Positions 49,803 through 58,056 of a stretch of DNA of 58,056 nt are shown here, piece after piece. The stretch comes from Psammoneis japonica (lineage: Eukaryota), in assembly GCA_008632985.1 (NCBI GenBank), contig QPGO01000075.1, positions 312,517 to 370,572 on the forward strand, written 5' to 3'. The stretch's first letter is position 1. Each line of letters begins with the position of its first letter. Both the position numbers and the translations under genes were made by a program. The notes below the pieces were generated by a model, which saw only the letters and a program-made list of their open reading frames with translations, searched no databases and was not told where the DNA came from.

Positions 49803-52800
49803 CTCCCCAGTTTGCTTGAGGAGCCACAGAAACAGATTCGACTTCAGATGGAATGAAGTTCCAGAACATGAGGGGGCGGAGAAGGTCCCAGATTTGGGAG
49901 CAACCCCAATGCTTGCTGAGAATGTCAGCAGGGTTGCGGGAGCCTTCGATGAAGTGGAACTCAAGGTAACCAGAGGCAATTGCCTCACGCACACGATGGA
50001 ACGATAGTGCGGTGTGTCGTTTGTGTAACTTGGAGTGCGGGATGGTGGCACTGTCTACAACTGACTTGTTGTCACCGAACATGTAACTAACGTTACGGAT
50101 CGGGACGCCAAGGTGGCGCAGGGTGATGCGCAGGTCGACAATCTGCTCAACACAAGTCCTTGCGGCAACAAATTCAGACCCGCAGGTCGCAGTCTCCACG
50201 GTGGCTTGTTTCTTAGAGAACCAATCAGCCGGGAATTTGTTGAGGAAGTGGAGCATTCCCATGACAGAGCGTCCGGTGAGCATGCAATGGTGCAAGTTTG
50301 CATCGACGTAGTGGGTGGCAGTGACGAACTCGCCAAGGGGCGGTGGAGCGTCCTTCGGGATCATCTCTTCTGCTTCACCATGCACGGAATGCATCCATTC
50401 ATAGGCCGGAGCAGGGAGATCTGAACAGTCGGGCTCTTCCGTGCGAACGCGGAGAGCACCGTGTCGCATCTTGGAGAGGTGCCCACAGACGCGTTTGGCA
50501 CGATCCAAGTGGCCTTGACGGGGCGCAGCTCGGAAGCTAGAGAGTGACATGACGGCCGTGGTAATGTCAATTCGACCAAGGGACACTGCCCATTGGAGTG
50601 AACCAACAAGAGACTGGAACTTGTGAATGCCATCGGGTCCCAGCAGTTCGGAAGTGTCCAGTTCGGGGTGGTCACCCTTCTCTAGAGGTGACAGGGCGTT
50701 GGTGGGGTTTCTCCCCAAACAGTCGGGCACAGCTGTCGACCATGCGCTCGATGTACTTGCGCGGAGACAGGCACAAGGTTCCGTCGGGTTCCCGGGAAAA
50801 GTCGCAACCCAGATGGAACTCAATGGGTCCCGCCCTTGAGCTTGAACTTGTGCTTTTCCGTGAGAGTGTCGACGAAAGATTGAGGGTCCTTCATGGCAAT
50901 GGCGAGGTCATCCACATAAACGGCAATGTGTTCACAGTGGTCGCCGTTCCTGCGCATCCAAATGTCGGGTTCGGCGCGGCAGGGGAAGAAGCCTTCAGCT
51001 CGCAGGCAGTCGGCGAAGCGCTCGTGCCAGCGGAGACCGGAGCTGCGCAGTCCATGCAGTGCCTTGTGGATGACAAGGATGTGTCCTTCGAGTTTGCCGA
51101 ACTCGGGTCCAGCTACAATGTAAAGCTTCTCCTTGGTGGTGGCTTCAAGGTGGGCATTGCCAATGTCGGTGGCCCATGTCTCCAACTCGTTGAGTTCGGC
51201 CAGGAAAATCATCAGCCGAAGGCCACGGAGGGAGACTACTCCGGAGCAGACACTGTCGACAGGTACGTCCGTGAGGTGCCCGTCGGCTACGAGTCGTGCC
51301 TTGTGGCGACCGTCGTGTTTCACGTCGTGCACCAGGTGCACTCGGATCTTCTTGTGTCCCGCAGGAGGAGTGGAAGACTTGAAGGGCCCGCAGTCATGGA
51401 AGACTTCGTATTCGTCGAGTTGGTCCATCTCGAGATTAGTTGCGTCTCCCCACTTGCGGTTGCCGTTGCGTTTGTCTGGTGACATGGCGTGTTTGCAGTT
51501 CCGGGGAACTTCGCATCCACACTTGTAGCGAGGTGCAGTGCGGAAGGAGCGAAGCTTGGCTTGGTTGGCCATGCGAAACAGCTTCTTTTGGCGCCTCGCA
51601 ATGGTGCGGAACCGCTTCCAGCCATCCGTGTCGAGGAGTCCGTTCTCTCGTGCATGGATGGCACAGGTGATGGGGTCGTCCTTGGCGATGATGGCAAGAG
51701 GCTCGGACGTGATCTCCCCACTTTCCCATTCAAGCATGATGTTGTAGCTGGAGCCTTTCCAGGTTGGGTCGTGAGGCTTCAGAGGTCCTTCGTGTGACAC
51801 GATGCGTCGAAATTTCCAAACAGTGGTGTCTTCGTCTTCTTGCTCAATGTGATTCATGATGTCATTGCAGGCAAGGACTTCCTCGTATTCGTCATTGTTG
51901 ACAGAGCAGACGAACCCAGTGAGCTCGGGATTGCCGTTCACTTTCCATTCGTGGTCTTCGACGGCCTTGACGATGCGAGCTCTGTGGCGTTGTCCGTCCT
52001 CTTGTGGCTGCATGAGGAAGGTGCGTCCAATGATGTCTTGCGGATCGAAAACTGGCATCTTGGGTGTCCTGATCTCCCCATCAGGAGAGTCGACGGGGTT
52101 GTCGTCATGGCGAGATTTGATGATGGGTTCAGGTGGCTCCCCATCAGGAGGATCAAGACGCAGGTTTCAAATGGCAGGATCAGGGGTGGCGGAGCGGATG
52201 TTGGACCGGTGGAGGATTTTCTGAGTCTCATCGGACAGAATCTTGAAGGTCATCTGGTGGCCAACGTGCTCAGCAATGCCAACGAAGCGTCCACGCAACT
52301 CACGGGATTCGGATGGCCAATCGGAGTCATCGAGGTGGAAGCACACGGGTTCCCACCAGTGAAAGCGAAGCAATGGGCTGATGTCCGGGGTGGAGCCAGT
52401 GAGAGTCTCGAGGGGCGTGCGCCAGTGGAGACGTGGGGACGCTGTGTGGTTGAGCATGAAGCACACGCACATGAGCGCCAGCAGCCATGTGTGGGCGGGC
52501 GAACCAAAGCGATCCATGACAGTGTTCGCCATGCGCTTCACGGTCTGGTGTTGATGCTCGGCAAAGTTTTGGTGTTGCTGGTGAGGCTCACTTTGCCAGC
52601 TAGAGATGAAGAGGGCGCGCAGGATCCCGAGCACTTTGTGGCTGATCTCAACTTGAGCACGGTCGCCAATGAGTTTGGACGGGGCACCACGTTCACGGAT
52701 CTGATCCTCGAGTGTGTTGACAAACTCTTTGTCCGTCTTAGTGCCGTAGACGTCAGTGACGGTAGACTCGGTGCCAACAAACAGTTGGGTGCTGGTGCAA

Positions 52801-55415
52801 CCAGAGTCGACGGCCGGGGTGTCGGCATGAACGGTGTCAGTGGCGACAGGCTCGTTGCGGCGGTGCACATTAAGGGCGGGGTTGGGTGATTTGTGGGCCT
52901 TGCGAAGGTGTGTACCGGCGGGCATGCGGGCGTACTGCGTGGTGCAGTCAAAAGTACGACGGACCGTGTCGGCAGGTAGGAAGCCAAAGCAAGGCCGAAG
53001 AGACTCGAAGGGGGGGTCCTTGGGCTGTACAGTGCGCTCCGGAGGTGGAACGTCATCGCCCTGGGGGCCAATCGCATGCAGATGACACTCGTAGAACACG
53101 TCGTCGTTCGGAATGAGGTGATCATCGAGGGCGGACGCGTGATCGGCAGACAAGGAAGCGGACATGATGGTCTCGTTGACAACGACACGATGACGGTGGT
53201 TGCCGCATTCGTCAAATAGGTTGGCAGTGGGATCGTCCTGCAGGTCAGAGATCGCGTCGCACCACTGGTCGTCGTCAGTGACAGAGTGATCGAGGACGGA
53301 AGGGTCCCATGTGTCATCACCGGTGAGGATGACATGGGGCAGGGTGTCCCATTCGGCGTCAGTGTGAGGTCGCATGGCAACACAAGGCAGGCCAGCCTTG
53401 ATGTCAATGGGGATGACATGGCCATCAGGAGTGGCAATGCGTTGCAAGCCGTTGGGCACCTTGACAGAGCGATCGTTGACATCCTGTTTGCACCATTCGA
53501 GCTGGCCGCAGGAATGGATGGTCTTGCCCTTGCCCGTGTGTGCGCACTGATGGAGGATGGCGATGACGGGACCATGCTGGGTCTCAACAACGGCACCAGC
53601 GGTGACAATGGGGATGTCCACCAATTGATGATCGTCAATGCCCTGAACGTCGACTTGGCGAGAGGTGCATGCAATGACGCGAACGTCGTCGCCAGCAATG
53701 CCGCCGTTGGCCCCACGATCGACTAGAGCGCCAGTGCGTGTGGAGCGATGAGCAGAGGCAGAGCAAATGACATTGTGGTTGTCAACGCAGCGGCAAGTGC
53801 GGCCGTCAAGTTCCATGTCATCTGCAGAGGCTGGCGGGGTAGAGGAAGCGGCGGATGGCCCCGGTCGACTGGCATTGGGGGCTTGGTTAGGAGACAACAG
53901 ACGTTGCAGATCACCGGGTGGCAGTGGCTTGCGCTTGGTGAGGTGCGCCAGGATGGGATTGTCCGAAGTGGCGTCCACATGTGGAGCGGAGTCACCAGAG
54001 TCAGCAGGAGTCGTGTTGGACAAGTTGACATCACCGTCACTCCCAAGGTGTTGGTCGTGAAGGTTGGCCGTAACAGACTCATGGCAGTCACTGGCTCGCG
54101 GGTTGCGGGGAGGTGGACGAGAATGCTCAAGGATGATCGCCTTGGAGGAATCGGGCAACGAATCCCAGAGCCGTTGGTGGTCGGGAGGGAGACGTCTCCA
54201 TTGGACACCGGTGAGGCTGGGACCGCGGGTGCAGGCAGCATTGGCTTGAAGGACATCAACGTCGCTGTCAATGTCGTAGAACACATCGTCGGACGGTTCC
54301 TCGGAGCAGACGTCGTGTGCGTGTGTGGCGCGTCGGGGAGCTCGAGGTGTCGTCTTGGGTTGAAACGTGCTGTCGCACTGAGCTGCCGCGGAGAGGAGCA
54401 AACCACAGTGTTGGTCGCATGTGAGGCTCTTGCCACTCTGCGTGCGATGCTGATCAGCTTGGTTCTTGACAGCACGGAGTTCCTCGACAGGGTGCACGGC
54501 ATTCTCGAGCATGACGCGCTTCTGTCCTTCAGAGAAGTGGTCACTGGCCGGGATGAGTGCCTCGCACTTGCGCAGCTGATCTTGCCAATGAAGGATGAAC
54601 CCGTGGGTCGGACCTTTCCAAGTGCCATCACCAAGACGTGCGGTGGTGAGGTGCGTGAGCAGGGTGGAGGACTCGACAGATGCGCGGGTGGAGGCAAGCG
54701 CGTGCTCAGACAAGGAGCGGCAGACAGTCTGTGCGTCAGAAGACCCCACATTTTCGCGAATGAGAGCCTTGCCCTTGTCGGTGAGAAGGATGCGTTCGAA
54801 GACGGCGAACATGTGCTTTTGCTGTTCAGCAAAGAGCAGTTTGTCTTCGGGGCTGGTCGGTTTGTACGACGAGTCTAGAGTGCACTCGACGTCTTGGGCA
54901 TGGGCTTGTGCCACAAGTGAGGTGTGCCAAGTGTGCCACTGCTTGTCGGATTTGAGAGCCGTGAAAGCGGTGGGATCACGCTTGATGCCTCGCTTGAAGT
55001 CCCGCACCGGGTCACGTGCCTTGGTCGGGTTGGTGACATGTGGAGGTGCAAGGGGTGAGCTGCCGATGGACACAGAAGACATGCAGTCGGGGCTGAGGCG
55101 GCAGGCAAGGAACTCGTCATGCGTGAACAAAGAGGAGTCGTTGGCAACGTCAAGACCTTTGTGTGCTTTGACAATGTACAGACTGACCAGTGCTGCTAAC
55201 ATGTTCTTATAACCACGGGGCAAAGGGGTTGCATTAGTGCCGTTGTCGCACTCAAGCGAGTCGATTTGGGACGGGATGAACGTGAACAGTTCCTGATGCG
55301 AGTCCATGCCATCTTGGGCCAAAGCCAAACGAAGAGGACTCCCAGCACCTTGGGCAAGCACGGTTCCAACCACATGCTCGAAACCATCGGTTTGTTGCTG
55401 ACGAGTGAGAACCAT
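49750..55415 (-). pseudogene. Copia gag-pol polyprotein, inactivated (in-frame TGA at 52167-52169, frameshifts near 50830 and 50700, many Tyr->Cys/His)
   Basis: Protease LVDRGANGG; integrase VATDTV, IGDRAQVE, SEPHQQHQNFAE; RT HKARLVA, DIGNAHL, ALHGLRSSG, YVDDL; RNase H YVDANL, GSEF, GDNKSV, NPADILSK. Confidence 0.93.
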
Positions 55416-56341
55416 GGCAGACAAAAGTGGTGTCAGGACAATCAATTCTGGTTGGGAAGCGAAGGTGGACTCGAAACTTGGGTGAGAATGGACTTGACTT
55501 GAAGTGGACTTGACTTGAAATCTTGAACTGTCTTAAAATCAGAAGTCGCCGGGCTTTGTTGTCCCGTTCGTTGTCAAGTGCTAAACTTCCTGTCCGGTCC
55601 GTAGAGTTGTGCCGGCACGTCCGAACCCGCAGCTGGCGGCGCTTTGGGTTGCTTGCGAGCGGAGTGGCGGGTTGCAAACCCCTGCAGGCAAGCTGACCAG
55701 AGGTGGACAAGACCCCCGAACCGTTCTCATTTTATGTCGGTTGGATTTCCCGATCAGGCTGGCCAGTTGACGCAGGCGTCAGGCGCTGTGGACGAACGAA
55801 CAAACGCGGGAAAGCACCCTCGCCCCAACGCAGGCTGCAATCACGACCACCTGCTCTCACAGTCGTCCTCGTGGACCTGGCAGAACTGTGGAGCACCAGC
55901 AGTCCGGGGTGGATCAGGTGCAATGGACTCGGTGTGCTTGTAGAGTGGCAGCAAAACCGCAGTCCGAAGAGTGGACAAAGGTTCTTGGCCGTGAAGACAT
56001 GCACACATGTGTGTGTGTCTTCAGCGACTGAGATCCTTGAATGTGCGGGGTTCTTGACCGTCAACCGAGGAACAGGCACACAAAGGGATGTTGATCAAGG
56101 ATGGACTTGGACGTGACCGTTGAATGTGAGTCTTCAGCGACCAAAGGCAGCACAATCAATCCAGACATCCAGCGGCAAGGAGACTTGATGGTGACGTTAA
56201 CTTCCTGCCGATGCCCTGGCATTGAATGCGCGCAGACTTGCCGACACATGTAGAACACATACGGAGGTCCACGCAGAATTGAAATGGCATCGTTGGCAAA
56301 TCAACGACGACGATGGCGGTTGCTCAATGGGTTGACAATGA

Positions 56342-56356
56342 GCAAGACTGTCAATC
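56342..56356 (-). promoter_or_regulatory. Putative half-tRNA-type primer binding site of the copia
   Basis: No TGG after the 5' LTR; the plus strand reads GCAAGACTGTCAATC, an anticodon-loop pattern GA-CT-NNN-AA-TC, which would be GACTGTTAATC (Asn, GUU) before a TA->CA change. Confidence 0.45.
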
Positions 56357-56632
56357 TGACAGAAATTGAAGGCAAATGGCAAGAATTCAAACAACAACTC
56401 CTTGCTGCTGTCTAAACAGCAGATGAGTCTCCGCTCAGAGACCGTTGCAGGAGCCGAAAGACGTGTAAGTCGGTATAATCGGGCTGCTGTCATTATTCTT
56501 GTGAGCCTTGTGGCTCGAAAGCAAACTACATCGCGCGTGAACGCGCGGAACTAAAGCACACAAAACTGTGCACGGTAAACTAAACAGCGCGCGATGCTTC
56601 GCGCGCACCTAAATCCTGTTCAAATCCTGTCA
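56357..56632 (-). repeat. 5' LTR of the copia element
   Basis: Direct repeat of 49527-49802 with TG...CA termini. Confidence 0.95.
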
Positions 56633-56692
56633 TGACAGGATTTAAACAAGATTGACCAACTCGATTAAATCCGACCCATCAACCTGAAAAAT

Positions 56693-56756
56693 TGCGATAC
56701 CCAGGAATCGAACCTAGGTCCTCTTATAACCGGTTACCGTCTAAACCATTTACCGC
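56693..56756 (-). ncRNA. tRNA-like Pol III unit in the 3' LTR of TRIM B (64 nt, no canonical anticodon arm)
   Basis: GCGGTAAATGGTTTAGACGGTAACCGGTTATAAGAGGACCTAGGTTCGATTCCTGGGTATCGCA: acceptor-like GCGGTA/TATCGC plus A, A box, T arm CTAGG-TTCGATT-CCTGG, then ATTTTT terminator. Confidence 0.7.
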
Positions 56757-56857
56757 TTTCTTCAAACTGACAGGCTTTTTGTACATAGTCACACATGTTT
56801 CAGCCAGAGAGTGACATACACCTTTAATTCTTCTTAGAATTCTGTCACTCCCCATAT

Positions 56858-56893
56858 GTCACGAAGCTGTCTGACGTCACGAAGCTGTCTGAC
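56858..56893. repeat. Perfect 18-bp tandem duplication GTCACGAAGCTGTCTGAC x2 in the TRIM B interior
   Basis: Read directly from the sequence. Confidence 0.9.
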
Positions 56894-57193
56894 GTTCCTT
56901 TCTTTGGACAATGATACTTCTCACAGCTCCCCTTCTACCTGGGCCACATTTTTCTGCACATGTCATGACCTCCCCGGCGAACTGATAATTGGGCGGCCAT
57001 TCCGGCCTCGGCATCCCTAATAAGAGCACTATGTGCATCGTCGGTCTGTCTCACCGCAGCCTCTCCTCAGTTTTAGAGTCATCTTGAAGGAGCACACACA
57101 CCTAGGTTCAAATCATCAACGGTCCTCGCACCATGACAGGATTTAAACAAGATTGACCAACTCGATTAAATCCGACCCATCAACCTGAAAAAT

Positions 57194-57257
57194 TGCGATA
57201 CCCAGGAATCGAACCTAGGTCCTCTTATAACCGGTTACCGACTAAACCATTTACCGC
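57194..57257 (-). ncRNA. tRNA-like Pol III unit in the 5' LTR of TRIM B
   Basis: Same as 56693-56756 except the A box reads TGGTTTAGTCGG; followed by TTTTT. Confidence 0.7.
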
Positions 57258-57757
57258 TTTCTTCAAACTGACAGGCTTTTTGTACATAGTCACACATGTT
57301 TCAGCCAGAGAGTGACACACACCTTTAATTCTTCTTAGAATTCTGTCAGTAAAATTGTTCAGCAATGGACACATGAATGATCACCAACAGAAAAAGAGGC
57401 AATTTTGCGAACGTGTCTCCTCCTCCACACTTGAAGCACATTCTTTGCAGCATGCCCGGGTGTGTTCTTCAGACATCAAAGAATGTGCCCAGCGCATTTT
57501 TGTTGTCACAAATGCAGACAACAGAAAGCCTTCAGCTTCGCAAAACAGGCAGTGTGGAACAAATTTGTGCAACAGAACATGCAGAAATGTGCGCGCAAAA
57601 CATGCAACGGATGACAAAAAACAATTGTGTCACAGTTCAGCAGTGCGAGGTCCCACCCAGAGCTGGAATGCATCACTTGTCAAATGTGGTGTTTCTCTTC
57701 CTCTTGGCTGGAGGACAGCTCCAGCTCTCCAGAGGTGGTTGGTGTGTGTGATGTGGT

Positions 57758-57758
<1 letters not shown>

Positions 57759-57792
<34 letters not shown>
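57759..57792. repeat. (CA)17 microsatellite
   Basis: Read directly from the sequence. Confidence 0.95.
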
Positions 57793-57794
<2 letters not shown>

Positions 57795-58056
57795 AGAATG
57801 CGAGCGCGAGAGTTGGTTTTTCGGACGGTTGCCACGATTGATTTTTGGTTTCTGCGCAGCATCCAGCACTGTTTCCACTGGACTCAACTGCACACATCGA
57901 GTTTTTTTGGTTGAGGCTGTTTTGCACTGCACCCTTTGGAGTTCGGAGAAAGGGAAGACACCAGGCAATGTCCCCAGCGAGTGAAGTTCAGGTTTGCTTG
58001 AGCCGCTGGCATGGTCGCATTTAACGGCTTCAGTGCTCATGGTGTGCGACTCGCTT

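Larger units (their letters stand above)
49527..56632 (-). mobile_element. Full-length Ty1/copia LTR retrotransposon (CoDi-like), 7106 bp
   Basis: 276-bp LTRs at 49527-49802 and 56357-56632 with TGACAG...CTGTCA ends; PPT GGGGAG (49803-49808, minus strand); gag-PR-IN-RT-RH order. Confidence 0.97.
56633..57348 (-). mobile_element. TRIM-like miniature LTR element B (716 bp; 215-bp LTRs at 56633-56847 and 57134-57348; non-coding 286-bp interior)
   Basis: LTRs 213/215 identical with TGACAG...CTGTCA ends; minus-strand PBS TGGTGCGA directly after the 5' LTR (57126-57133); PPT GGGGAG (56848-56853) before the 3' LTR; no ORF. Confidence 0.92.

Noticed and set aside
50598..54878. Long antisense and alternate-frame ORFs (294-392 aa) over the copia
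   Set aside because: Shadows of a GC-rich, TA-depleted gag-pol; no independent motifs.
56693..56756. A functional tRNA gene in the TRIM LTR
   Set aside because: Only 64 nt, with no canonical anticodon arm and a mismatch at the seventh acceptor pair; reported as tRNA-like instead.
57759..57792. (CA)17 as a converted (TA)n tract
   Set aside because: Strand-symmetric conversion should give mixed TG/CA; a pure CA run fits ordinary slippage.

Overview
This is a eukaryotic window, most likely from a pennate diatom (inferred from gene families, short GT-AG introns and a CoDi-type Ty1/copia). Ordinary gene islands (RING protein, metallophosphoesterase-LamG, CHRD, DnaJA, MutS2, Spc24-like, several hypotheticals) alternate with sharply bounded transposon-derived blocks at about 3.0-15.7 kb, 19.4-29.9 kb and 44.6-58.1 kb. 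The main signal is that repeat DNA has almost no TpA dinucleotides, which have been converted to TpG/CpA. The two copia LTRs, the TSD and systematic Tyr->Cys/His changes in conserved pol motifs show this directly. It looks like a repeat-targeted, double-stranded A:T->G:C hypermutation process, opposite in direction to fungal RIP. A second signal is a 716-bp miniature LTR element (TRIM) whose LTRs carry a tRNA-like Pol III unit complementary to the element's own bipartite PBS. It is fused end-to-end to the copia inside one shared TSD. A second TRIM with an internal tRNA-like A/B-box cassette and a RAG1/Transib-like transposase relic are also present. Most short ORFs in the repeat blocks are artefacts of TAA/TAG loss. 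All family assignments are from motif recognition; no searches were run.
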